A DNA stretch of 32,000 nt from assembly GCF_003428155.1 (NCBI RefSeq), contig NZ_QLIR01000003.1, forward strand, positions 116,549-148,548, given 5' to 3'. Origin of the DNA: Fastidiosibacter lacustris (GTDB lineage: Bacteria; Pseudomonadota; Gammaproteobacteria; Francisellales; Francisellaceae). The translations under genes were made by a program, and so were the position numbers. Within the stretch, counting starts at the first letter, position 1. The number at the start of each line of letters is the position of its first letter. This document shows positions 10,123 to 19,118 of this stretch, piece after piece. The notes under the pieces were generated by a model. The model was not told the origin of the DNA. It ran no database searches and saw only the letters and a list, made by a program, of their open reading frames with translations.

Positions 10123-11949
10123 TTACCTTGCTGTTAAAAACCGATCAATCCGTTGATAAAGAATTTCGCATTCTTGCGGCACCAATTTGCCAAAATTAAT
10201 GAACCCATGAATCATGTTATCAAAATGATAATGATGAGTATCTACCCCCCGCTCCATTAATGCTTGTGCAAACAATAATCCTTCGTCTCTTAATGGGTCA
10301 TAACCTGCAGTAAAAACTAAGGTGCGAGGCATTTTTTCGAGATTTTTAATATAAAGTGGTGATATACGTGAGTCATCGGCATTTATACCTTTTGGTCGAT
10401 ATTGCTCATTATACCAATTAACATTGCGTGATTCTAACAAATAACCCTGGCTAAACTCACACATCGACTCCGTATTATGGCTAAGATCAGTTGTAGGATA
10501 AATCAGTATCTGATTAGTCACATTAAAATCTCTTGTTTGTAATGATTTCTCAATGCATAAAACTGTGTAATTACCACCAGAACTATCTCCTGCCAAAGTA
10601 AAATCTTCATTGCTTGCCTTGATATCATGTGCATGGTTATATGCCCATTTAGCAGCAATATAAACATCATCTAGCCCTGAAGGGTAAGGATTTTCAGGAG
10701 CCAAACGATAGTCAATAGCTAAAACCACACGATTGGTTATTTTAGCTAAATACCGACAAGGTGAATCAAAAGAGTTCAATGTACCAGACACAAAGCCACC
10801 ACCATGTGTATAGATAATAATTGGAAGATATTTACTGGGATCAGGATGGTATAAACGTACATTAATTTCACGTTTATCAATTTTAAGTGCAAAATCCCTA
10901 ATCGAGGTAAGTTCAATTTTTTCTCCAGCGTATAACATGAGTGATGATGCGGACCTACGCACACTTTCAATGTTAAGTGGGCTCTCTTTTTTATATTTAT
11001 TCACGAAATCCAATAAGTTTTGTAATTTATCTGGAATCATCTTTAAACCATGATAAAGTGTGACTTCTCTTAGTTCAGATTTTGGTTTAACCTGCACTGA
11101 TACACTATTTGACTTCGCTAAAACGCTAAACCAACTTTGCTGTTTGGGTGTCATCCTATCACCCAAACCACTTATACTGCTTGCAATACCTAAATCATTA
11201 CAATCAGATAGGGCAAATTCAGTTAAGTGCATACCAACCCATTTCACTAGCATTACAGCTTTAGCATGATTATCAAAACGAGTTTGTAAAATACAATCAT
11301 TGTTGATAATGTTATTTGACCAAGGCACGTAGTCAACAATAAAATTACATGGCAAGTAATGGAGTCCTGCCTCTCTTGCTAAAACAAATTCAGGAAAAGC
11401 CGTCATACCAATAACACCACCTCCCATTGCCTGATAGCATTTTGCATCTACCATCGTTGGAAATTGAGGTCCGTCAATACAAATACAAACTTGACCAAAA
11501 TGAATAGGGAAGTCAAAGTTTTTCTTATACTGCTTTATTTTATTTGCCGCCTCTTCGCTAATTGGATGTGTTAGTGATACATAAGCTAAAATTCCATCAT
11601 CACAAAAAGTAGCTTCACGCAACCCTTTAGTACGATCTATATATTGATAAGGAATTACCATTTCTCCAGGTTTGATGATGGTTTGTAAACTTCGTACCGA
11701 CGATAGTGCCAAAATCGCTGTGGCTCCGTATTTTTTAAGCACATAAATATTAGCCCGATAATTAATTTTAGAAGGCAGAATATTTTCAGATTGTCCTGTT
11801 CGACATAAGAAAAGCATTTCTTTATCATTAACCTTGATACGGTAGAGTCCATTTGAACACAAGCCAAAAGGTGTTTCTCTTGGTAAGGGCTCGATTATTT
11901 CAAACTCATCAAATTCTTCAAAACCACTGCTACCAATAATTGCCCACAT
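10123..11949 (-). CDS. Two-domain fusion: N-terminal MTAP-like purine nucleoside phosphorylase domain + C-terminal alpha/beta-hydrolase (HSL-family esterase/lipase)
   Basis: Residues 1-245 align by eye to MTAP (IIGSSGF; LPSKINYRANIYVLKKYGA; IDGPQF; GMTAFPEFVLAREAG; VDY.PW). Residues from about 300 to 608 carry the HSL-family signatures HGGGF (382-386), GDSSGG (454-459), DPLRDE (551-556) and HGF (581-583). It is a single uninterrupted 608-codon frame. Confidence 0.75.
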   Translation of the reverse strand: MWAIIGSSGFEEFDEFEIIEPLPRETPFGLCSNGLYRIKVNDKEMLFLCRTGQSENILPSKINYRANIYVLKKYGATAILALSSVRSLQTIIKPGEMVIPYQYIDRTKGLREATFCDDGILAYVSLTHPISEEAANKIKQYKKNFDFPIHFGQVCICIDGPQFPTMVDAKCYQAMGGGVIGMTAFPEFVLAREAGLHYLPCNFIVDYVPWSNNIINNDCILQTRFDNHAKAVMLVKWVGMHLTEFALSDCNDLGIASSISGLGDRMTPKQQSWFSVLAKSNSVSVQVKPKSELREVTLYHGLKMIPDKLQNLLDFVNKYKKESPLNIESVRRSASSLMLYAGEKIELTSIRDFALKIDKREINVRLYHPDPSKYLPIIIYTHGGGFVSGTLNSFDSPCRYLAKITNRVVLAIDYRLAPENPYPSGLDDVYIAAKWAYNHAHDIKASNEDFTLAGDSSGGNYTVLCIEKSLQTRDFNVTNQILIYPTTDLSHNTESMCEFSQGYLLESRNVNWYNEQYRPKGINADDSRISPLYIKNLEKMPRTLVFTAGYDPLRDEGLLFAQALMERGVDTHHYHFDNMIHGFINFGKLVPQECEILYQRIDRFLTAR

Positions 11950-11994
11950 AACTTTATTTGATCCTTATTTTCAACATATCAGTTTACATTTAGG

Positions 11995-12615
11995 TTATAA
12001 ACTTGCTTGCCAAGACTGTCGTAATAACATTTTTTCATTTAAATACAATTCAACCTTAAACGTATCACCTAATTTGATTTCTCCAACGCCTTCTGGTGTA
12101 CCTGTCATCAATATATCACCAGATAACATGCTGAAATATTGTTCTATATGATAAATTAGCATTTGCGGTTTATAAATCATATGTGCATAATCACCTTTTT
12201 GCTTAAGTTGATTATTAATATATAACGCAAATGATAAATGCTTAATAAGACTTTCATCTTCAAGTAGAATAAACTTGCTAAACACTGCAGATGAATCAAA
12301 GGCCTTAGCCTTTTCCCAGGGCAATCCTTTTTGCTTTAAAGTTGTTTGTAATGCTCTATCTGTTAAATCCAAACCAATAGCAACAGCTTTTAGATGGTGA
12401 TCAATAACCATAAAACTTAATTCAGCTTCATAATGTAATATTCTATTAGCTGGAATGACTAAACAATCGGATAGTGAAGAATTTGGTTTAATAAAAAGTA
12501 CTGGTTCATCAGGTACTTGATTGTTTAATTCATGAATGTGCTTAAGGTAATTACGACCAACACAAACGATTTTTGAAGGTGTTATTGTAGTTTGATTAAA
12601 TGCAACACTACGCAT
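11995..12615 (-). CDS. Fumarylacetoacetate hydrolase (FAH) family protein, YcgM-like
   Basis: KIVCVGRNYLKHIHELNNQVPDEPVLFIKPNSSL and GDILMTGTPEGVG are typical FAH-family motifs. I start it at the internal Met (MRSVAF, ATG 12613-12615). The track start (12663) adds a hydrophobic 16-aa extension that overlaps erpA. Confidence 0.8.
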   Translation of the reverse strand: MRSVAFNQTTITPSKIVCVGRNYLKHIHELNNQVPDEPVLFIKPNSSLSDCLVIPANRILHYEAELSFMVIDHHLKAVAIGLDLTDRALQTTLKQKGLPWEKAKAFDSSAVFSKFILLEDESLIKHLSFALYINNQLKQKGDYAHMIYKPQMLIYHIEQYFSMLSGDILMTGTPEGVGEIKLGDTFKVELYLNEKMLLRQSWQASL

Positions 12616-12632
12616 ATAAATAAAATAAAGAG

Positions 12633-12998
12633 TTAAACTGAAAAAGATGAACCACAACCACAAGTTGTTTTAGCATTGGGGTTGCGAATAATGAAATGTG
12701 CCCCTTCTACATCTTCTTTATAGTCAATGTCAGCACCAATTAGGTATTGAAAACTCATTGCATCCACTAATAGACAAACACCCTGATTTTCAAACATCAT
12801 ATCGTCTTCTTTTCGCTCCTCATCAAAAGTAAATCCATATTGAAAACCAGAACAGCCACCGCCTGTTATATAGACGCGTAACTTCAAATTAACGTTTTCT
12901 TCTTCGTTGATAAGCTCTTTCACTTTTAATGCTGCAGCATTAGTAAAATTAAGTGGTTGAGCAAGTTGCACAGCCATCTTCATATCCTTAAATATCAT
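12633..12998 (-). CDS. erpA: Iron-sulfur cluster insertion protein ErpA (A-type carrier)
   Basis: [23 protein letters not shown] plus the C-terminal CGCGSSF cysteine triad are diagnostic of ErpA/IscA-type carriers. Met6 or Met8 are alternative starts. Confidence 0.9.
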   Translation of the reverse strand: MIFKDMKMAVQLAQPLNFTNAAALKVKELINEEENVNLKLRVYITGGGCSGFQYGFTFDEERKEDDMMFENQGVCLLVDAMSFQYLIGADIDYKEDVEGAHFIIRNPNAKTTCGCGSSFSV

Positions 12999-13009
12999 TA
13001 ACTATATTT

Positions 13010-15085
13010 TTATTGTATTGGTACAAGCTTAATTTTTCCCATGCGATCAATGTTTTGCACCATTACTTTAAGGGTTTTACCCTCAGTCATAGTATTTGGG
13101 TTAACACCTATATTTTCAAGCTCAGAAAATGGCAACAACCCATCTTTACCAGGCAGAATGTTCACAAATACTCCAAAATCTAATGCTTTTACCACTTTCC
13201 CACTATAAGTTTGCCCAATTTCAGCACTTGCCGTTAATGCTTCAATTTCAGCAATTGCAGCATTTAATGCATCCTTACTTCTTGCAAAAATTTTTACTTC
13301 ACCATTATCTGAAGTATCAATTGAAGCTCCTGTTTTCTCAGTAATACCTTTTATGGTTACACCACCCTTACCAATTACATCACGAATTTTAGCCGGATCA
13401 ATCGTAATGATTTCAACCTGTGGCGCATTATCAGCAGTTTGCATTTTATATTCAGAAATGACTTCATTCATAATACCTAAAATATGTAAACGCCCTTCTT
13501 TTGCTTGCTCTAAAGCTGCATGCATGATTTCGCGCGTAATCCCTTTTATTTTGATATCCATCTGTAACGCAGTTATGCCATAACGTGTACCTGCTACTTT
13601 AAAGTCCATGTCACCCAAATGATCTTCATCACCTAAAATATCAGATAAAACAGCGTATTTACTACCATCTTTTATCAGTCCCATTGCAATGCCTGCAACA
13701 GGGGCTGCAAGTGGAACGCCCGCATCCATCATCGACAAAGATGCACCACAAACGGTTGCCATTGAACTTGAGCCATTAGATTCCATGATTTCGGATACTA
13801 CGCGCACGACGTAAGGGTAAATCTCTTCATTTGGAAAAACCGCTTGTGTAGCACGTTTTGCTAGATTTGCATGACCAATTTCACGGCGTTTAGGCGATCC
13901 AATCATGCCCGTTTCACCAACAGAAAACGGTGGAAAATTATAGTGGAGCATATAACGATTTTTCTTGTCACCACTTAGCGTTTCGATAAACTGGGCATCT
14001 CGGTCGTTACCTAACGTTGTGACAACTAATGCTTGTGTTTCACCACGTGTAAACAAAGCAGAACCATGTGCTTTAGGCAATACACCTGTCTTAACATTGA
14101 TTGGGCGCACAGTACGTGTATCGCGACCATCAATACGTGGGAAACCATCTAAAATATTTTTACGCACCAATTCTTTTTCGATATCGTGAAAGATGTTTTT
14201 AATTTCGTCAACTGATACTTCATCTAATTCGGTTTCATCAACAATAATCGACTCAATAACAGTCTTTCTTAAATTATTTAATAATTGCGTACGCTTTTGT
14301 TTTTCTGTTGCTTGATATGCACTTTTAATTTCGCTAAAGAAACGTGTCTTAATTTGCTCTTTTAGTGCTTTATTTTCAATTTTAGGTGTAAATTCCCAGC
14401 GTGGTTTTGCTGCATATTTTGCCAAATGATTAATCGCTTCAATAATTACTTGCATTTGTTGATGACCATATAATACGGCACCTAACATCACATCTTCTGG
14501 TAAGCTTTTAGCTTCTGATTCAACCATTAAAACGGCATCTTTTGTACCAGCAACTACCAGATCAAGCTCAGAAATCCCTTGCTTTGCAAATGAAGGATTT
14601 AAAATATATTGACCATCGATAAAACCAACACGCACACCTGCAACTGGTCCTTCAAACGGAACTCCAGACAATAGCAACGAAGCCGAAGCACCGATCAGCG
14701 CTGGAATATCAGGTGGTACCTCAGGATCAAATGATAAAACGGTTGCAACAACTTGAACTTCATTATAAAAGCCTTCCGGAAATAGTGGTCTCAATGAACG
14801 ATCAATCAAACGAGAAATGAGTGTTTCATAATCGGTTGGACGCCCTTCTCGACGTGGAAAACCACCTGGAATTTTGCCCGCTGCATAAGATTTTTCTTGG
14901 TAGTTAACTGTCAATGGGAAAAAGTCGATACCTTCCTTAACCTCTTTGTTAGCAGCTGTGGTTACCAATACAACAGTATCGCCAATTGTAACAGTCACAG
15001 AACCTACTGCTTGACGTGCCATCGCACCTGTTTCCAAAATAACCTGATGTTGTCCTAACTGAAAGACTTCTTTAAATATTTTCAC
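13010..15085 (-). CDS. pnp: Polyribonucleotide nucleotidyltransferase (PNPase)
   Basis: 691 aa with two RNase PH domains, a KH domain ([21 protein letters not shown]) and an S1 domain ([28 protein letters not shown]). It lies directly downstream of rpsO, as in most bacteria. Confidence 0.97.
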   Translation of the reverse strand: MKIFKEVFQLGQHQVILETGAMARQAVGSVTVTIGDTVVLVTTAANKEVKEGIDFFPLTVNYQEKSYAAGKIPGGFPRREGRPTDYETLISRLIDRSLRPLFPEGFYNEVQVVATVLSFDPEVPPDIPALIGASASLLLSGVPFEGPVAGVRVGFIDGQYILNPSFAKQGISELDLVVAGTKDAVLMVESEAKSLPEDVMLGAVLYGHQQMQVIIEAINHLAKYAAKPRWEFTPKIENKALKEQIKTRFFSEIKSAYQATEKQKRTQLLNNLRKTVIESIIVDETELDEVSVDEIKNIFHDIEKELVRKNILDGFPRIDGRDTRTVRPINVKTGVLPKAHGSALFTRGETQALVVTTLGNDRDAQFIETLSGDKKNRYMLHYNFPPFSVGETGMIGSPKRREIGHANLAKRATQAVFPNEEIYPYVVRVVSEIMESNGSSSMATVCGASLSMMDAGVPLAAPVAGIAMGLIKDGSKYAVLSDILGDEDHLGDMDFKVAGTRYGITALQMDIKIKGITREIMHAALEQAKEGRLHILGIMNEVISEYKMQTADNAPQVEIITIDPAKIRDVIGKGGVTIKGITEKTGASIDTSDNGEVKIFARSKDALNAAIAEIEALTASAEIGQTYSGKVVKALDFGVFVNILPGKDGLLPFSELENIGVNPNTMTEGKTLKVMVQNIDRMGKIKLVPIQ

Positions 15086-15149
15086 TTGTATACCTTAAAT
15101 TATCATTGTTTTGCAATGTGTCGTGCCAATGAATATCAACTATTATTTC

Positions 15150-15416
15150 TTATCTACGTAGACCTAAACGATCGATCAATACGCGATAGCGCTCAATATC
15201 TTTGCTCTTTAAGTAATCTAAAAGCTTACGGCGTTGGCTAACAAGGCGTAATAATCCACGTCTTGAGTGGAAATCTTGCTTATGCTGCTCGAAATGACCT
15301 TGCAAATCTTCAATACGTGCAGTTAATAATGCAATTTGTACTTCTGGTGAGCCTGTGTCGCCCTCTGAACGTTGATGTTCAACGACGATTACCTTTTTTT
15401 GCTCGGTGCTTAACAT
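15150..15416 (-). CDS. rpsO: 30S ribosomal protein S15
   Basis: 88 aa; [50 protein letters not shown] is near-universal S15 sequence. Confidence 0.97.
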   Translation of the reverse strand: MLSTEQKKVIVVEHQRSEGDTGSPEVQIALLTARIEDLQGHFEQHKQDFHSRRGLLRLVSQRRKLLDYLKSKDIERYRVLIDRLGLRR

Positions 15417-15566
15417 AAAGTTTTTCTCCTAAGATTTTGTATTGTGTTAAACTTCCCATTTTTAGTTTTCCTTGTTAGTTTAGAAACATAAAAAACCGTG
15501 ACAGTTTAGCAACGCAGTATAATACATGCTTTTTTTAGAAACAACAAGCAAAGCCAAGGCTTATTT

Positions 15567-16214
15567 TTACGTAACTCCGTAGTTTTTTTGATAAGATTTC
15601 ATGCGTATTAATAAGGTTTCTTCAATCTGACCTTTAACTTGTATATATTCAATTAAGTCACGCAATGTAGCTACAGCGTAAATAGGAAACCGATATGTCT
15701 CTGTAAGTGATTGAATAGCAGAAACGTTTTGACCAGGCGCAATTTCTTGACGATCAAGCGCTACACAGACACCGACAATATGACCATTTTGTGCGTAAAT
15801 TACGTTAATAGCTTCTTTGATTGCAGTACCTGCGGTAATTACATCATCAATGATCAGTACACGCTTACCAGTAATGTTAGCACCAACTAATATCCCACCC
15901 TCGCCATGGTCTTTTACTTCTTTACGATTATAGCAAAATCCAACTTCAATATTATATTTTGAAAATAAAATTGAAGCCACAAGTGCTGCTAGGGCAATAC
16001 CTTTATAGGCAGGTCCGAACACTACATCAAATGCAACCTTCTCCTGCATGATTTTCTGTACATAACACTCCGCAAGTTGATACAGCGTCTTACCACTATT
16101 AAAAAGCCCTGCATTAAAAAAATAGGGGCTTATTCTGCCAGATTTTAATCTAAACTCACCAAATTTAAGCGCACTAGCGCTAATCGCTGCATCAAAGAAA
16201 ATGTGATTCATCAT
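15567..16214 (-). CDS. pyrE: Orotate phosphoribosyltransferase
   Basis: 215 aa; FGEFRLKSGRISPYFFN, the PRPP-binding loop VLIIDDVITAGTA, and FGPAYKGI. Confidence 0.95.
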   Translation of the reverse strand: MMNHIFFDAAISASALKFGEFRLKSGRISPYFFNAGLFNSGKTLYQLAECYVQKIMQEKVAFDVVFGPAYKGIALAALVASILFSKYNIEVGFCYNRKEVKDHGEGGILVGANITGKRVLIIDDVITAGTAIKEAINVIYAQNGHIVGVCVALDRQEIAPGQNVSAIQSLTETYRFPIYAVATLRDLIEYIQVKGQIEETLLIRMKSYQKNYGVT

Positions 16215-16269
16215 CGTTTAGTTACCATACTTTTTTTCATAACGCCACTATAGCAAAATCTGACCGACT

Positions 16270-17076
16270 TTAAATATAATTTTTAGCATCAGAACCTTTC
16301 TTAGAATAAAATAAAAAAGCATCTTCCTTGCTAAGATATTTGACCTTAATTTGGAATGCTCTTTCGAAATTATCATCAAGTATTACTTCTTTGGGTGATG
16401 ATTTTTTTAAAAGTTTACCTTCATGAATCAATAGCATTTCATCACAAAATTTTGCTGCTGAATTAATATCGTGCATCACTGCAATAACGCCAATGTTACG
16501 CGTTGCTAAAATATGATTTAGTGTTTCGAAAACTTGCGCTTGTTGGTATAAATCTAAACCAGTTGCATGCTCATCTAACAACAGCCAACGTTCAGCGCTA
16601 TTATTGTTATCTGCCATAATTTGAATAAGCACGCGCGCAAGATGGACACGCTGTTTTTGCCCACCTGAAAGAGTATGAAAACTTTGATTTTTTTGTTTAG
16701 ATAAACTTAACAGTTTAAAAATATAATCTAAAACCTCAAGCTTACTATCATGTGGAATTGCACAGGAATAGGTACCCATTAAAACAACATCCATAACAGA
16801 GTATTGAAATAATACTTTTGTATATTGAGATAAACATGCGATCAATTTTGAACGATCTTTTATACTTAACATCAAAATGTCTTTTTCATTTATATAGACT
16901 TTGCCCGATAAAAGTTTTTGAGAAAAGACTCCTGTTATTGCATTTAATAAACTAGATTTACCTGCACCATTGATGCCAATAATGGCATATTTTTTACGAG
17001 GGATAAATTCAGCAGTAATGTTTTTTAGTCTTAACTGCAAGACTAGATCTTCTACTTTAAGCACAACAAAAACCAT
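16270..17076 (-). CDS. ABC transporter ATP-binding protein, HmuV/FepC-like (iron-complex/hemin importer type), no cognate permease or binding protein adjacent
   Basis: Walker A GINGAGKSS, signature LSGGQKQRVHLARVL, Walker B LLLDEHATGLD and H-loop VMHDIN. The insertion ARVLIQIMADNNNSAERWLLLDE resembles HmuV-type ATPases. Confidence 0.8.
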   Translation of the reverse strand: MVFVVLKVEDLVLQLRLKNITAEFIPRKKYAIIGINGAGKSSLLNAITGVFSQKLLSGKVYINEKDILMLSIKDRSKLIACLSQYTKVLFQYSVMDVVLMGTYSCAIPHDSKLEVLDYIFKLLSLSKQKNQSFHTLSGGQKQRVHLARVLIQIMADNNNSAERWLLLDEHATGLDLYQQAQVFETLNHILATRNIGVIAVMHDINSAAKFCDEMLLIHEGKLLKKSSPKEVILDDNFERAFQIKVKYLSKEDAFLFYSKKGSDAKNYI

Positions 17077-17160
17077 AACAAAATCATAAAAAAACTATAC
17101 CTAAAACAAAGAGGTTAAAGCAATAGTTAAATTCCCTAATTCATATAATAATATATTTGT

Positions 17161-17188
17161 ATATTCAAATATACGTATATTTGAATAT
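17161..17188. promoter_or_regulatory. Perfect 28-bp palindrome (candidate operator) in the divergent ABC-ATPase/ArsR promoter region
   Basis: ATATTCAAATATAC|GTATATTTGAATAT: the two 14-nt halves are exact reverse complements. The half-site GTATATTTGnATAT recurs at about 17151-17164 and 17191-17204. Confidence 0.5.
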
Positions 17189-17210
17189 GTGTATATTTGG
17201 ATATGCGTTA

Positions 17211-17242
17211 ATACAAATAAGTATTTAAACACTTATTTGTAT
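17211..17242. promoter_or_regulatory. 12-8-12 perfect inverted repeat (candidate operator) abutting the putative -35 of the ArsR-family gene
   Basis: ATACAAATAAGT-atttaaac-ACTTATTTGTAT has exact 12-nt arms and ends 5 nt before the TTGACT at 17248. Confidence 0.5.
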
Positions 17243-17247
17243 ATTAG

Positions 17248-17276
17248 TTGACTCCACCCTATTCTATCGGTAAAAA
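17248..17276 (+). promoter_or_regulatory. Putative sigma70-type promoter for the ArsR-family regulator
   Basis: TTGACT (17248-17253), a 17-nt spacer, then TAAAAA (17271-17276). A GGAGA Shine-Dalgarno sits about 10 nt upstream of the ATG at 17310. This is a pattern match only, in AT-rich DNA. Confidence 0.35.
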
Positions 17277-17309
17277 TAGATATCAACTTAACGATGGAGA
17301 AATCTAATC

Positions 17310-17651
17310 ATGTCTATATTGAAGAGCCTAGGATCAACTTATCAAACAGAATTATCTTTAAAAGCGTTCAAAGCACTGGCTAACCCAGATCGACTTAATA
17401 TCGTTTTATGGTTATTAGAACCTAAAAAAAACTTTTTTTCTGAGAAACTTAATATTGAAAAAGAAGGTGTCACTATCGGAATGATCATGCAGAAACTCGA
17501 CCTATCGCAGTCCGTTACCTCACAATATATTCAACAATTAGAAGAAGCAGGAATTATTACTTGCGAACGAAAAGCACAATTTAGAATGTGTAAAATCAAT
17601 AAAACTTATACTCGACAATTATTTGAGTCAATTGCTGAACTGTTTAATTAA
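17310..17651 (+). CDS. ArsR/SmtB-family winged-helix transcriptional regulator (no obvious metal-binding Cys motif)
   Basis: 113 aa. FKALANPDRLNIVLWLL matches the ArsR-family N-terminal helix, and the HTH is DLSQSVTSQYIQQLEEAGIITCERKAQ. It lacks the ELCVCDL-type site. Confidence 0.7.
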   Translation: MSILKSLGSTYQTELSLKAFKALANPDRLNIVLWLLEPKKNFFSEKLNIEKEGVTIGMIMQKLDLSQSVTSQYIQQLEEAGIITCERKAQFRMCKINKTYTRQLFESIAELFN

Positions 17652-17659
17652 TCACCTTT

Positions 17660-19105
17660 TTATTCACTACCACCAACGGTAATTTCATCAATTTTTAAGC
17701 TTGCTTGCCCTACTCCGACAGGTATTGACTGTCCTTCTTTGCCACAAACTCCCACTCCGCTATCTAAAGTAAAATCTTTTCCGATCATTGAGATTTTCTG
17801 CATAATTTGTGGTCCATGACCAATTAAAGAGGCTCCTTTAATCGGGTAACAAATTTTACCATTCTTTATTGAATATGCTTGATCCATTACAAAAACAAAC
17901 TGACCCGATGTAATGTCTACCTGACCACCGTTAAAGTGAGTTGCATAAATACCATGATCAATACTTGCTATCATGTCTTCAAACTTATCCTCACCTGGCA
18001 ACATATAAGTATTAGTCATCCTTGGTAAAGGCAAATGCGCATAGGATTGGCGACGTCCATTTCCAGTAAGTGAGACGTTAAATGCTTTGGCTGAAATACG
18101 ATCATGAATGTAGCTTTTTAGAATACCATTCTCAATTAGAATGGTTTTTTGAGTTGGTGTCCCTTCGTCATCAACGTTCAATGATCCTCGTCGATTTTCA
18201 ATACAACCTTCATCAATGACAGTGCATTTTTCAGATGCTACTTTATGCCCTATTTTGCCACAAAAATGTGAACTTCCTTTACGATTAAAGTCTCCTTCCA
18301 AGCCATGTCCCACTGCTTCATGCAATAGTACTGCTGGCCAACCTGCACCCAAAACCACGGGCATTTTACCACTAGGGGCGGGTTTTGCATTTAGATTGGT
18401 TTTGGCACCTTCATATGCTTCATGAACATAAGACTTCCATAATTCGTTTTCTAAAAAAAAATGATAATCATAGCGTCCACCACCCCCTGCAGAATAGCTT
18501 TCTCTTTTGCCATCATTGTGCAGGATTAAGTTAATGTTCATACGCACCAAGGGGCGCACATCCATCACGCAAAGTCCATCGGTATTTAAAATTAAAATCA
18601 TTTCTATATTTGATGCCAAGGATATACTGACTTGTTCGATTTTATTATCAAGTGCCTTTGTATAACGATTAACTTCATGTAAAAATGCAATTTTACCTTC
18701 AGTAGATATACTATTTAGTGGTGATATAGAACGATAAAGTCGCTTTATTTTTGGTGTAAATAGTTTTTGTGTTTTGGTTAAAGGGTTTGCATTTTTTAAT
18801 AAGTAAAGTGATGTCTTAATAAGTTTTTCAATAGTAGAAAGTGCTAAATCATCGGCATAAGCAAAACCAGTTTCCCCTTGATAGACTGCTCTTACTCCAA
18901 TTCCCTGCTCAATACCAAAACTACCATGTTTTACCACTTCATCTTCTAACATCCAACTTTCTGCAATAATTTTCTGTAAATATAGGTCACCAAAGTCAAG
19001 TGTTTTTTGATTAAAAATCTCTAGCTGTGCTTTTAGAGATTCTAAATTCAAAGCAAAAGGTTGCAATAAATGTTCATTTATAATTGAATAATAATCTTGC
19101 TGCAT
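17660..19105 (-). CDS. tldD: Metalloprotease TldD
   Basis: HEAVGHGLEGDFNRKGSS (the HExxxH zinc site typical of TldD) and C-terminal GMC..GQ.IPVGVGQ. I start it at Met14 of the track ORF (ATG 19103-19105), which removes the overlap with yciO. Confidence 0.9.
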   Translation of the reverse strand: MQQDYYSIINEHLLQPFALNLESLKAQLEIFNQKTLDFGDLYLQKIIAESWMLEDEVVKHGSFGIEQGIGVRAVYQGETGFAYADDLALSTIEKLIKTSLYLLKNANPLTKTQKLFTPKIKRLYRSISPLNSISTEGKIAFLHEVNRYTKALDNKIEQVSISLASNIEMILILNTDGLCVMDVRPLVRMNINLILHNDGKRESYSAGGGGRYDYHFFLENELWKSYVHEAYEGAKTNLNAKPAPSGKMPVVLGAGWPAVLLHEAVGHGLEGDFNRKGSSHFCGKIGHKVASEKCTVIDEGCIENRRGSLNVDDEGTPTQKTILIENGILKSYIHDRISAKAFNVSLTGNGRRQSYAHLPLPRMTNTYMLPGEDKFEDMIASIDHGIYATHFNGGQVDITSGQFVFVMDQAYSIKNGKICYPIKGASLIGHGPQIMQKISMIGKDFTLDSGVGVCGKEGQSIPVGVGQASLKIDEITVGGSE

Positions 19106-19118
19106 ATACTTCTCATAT

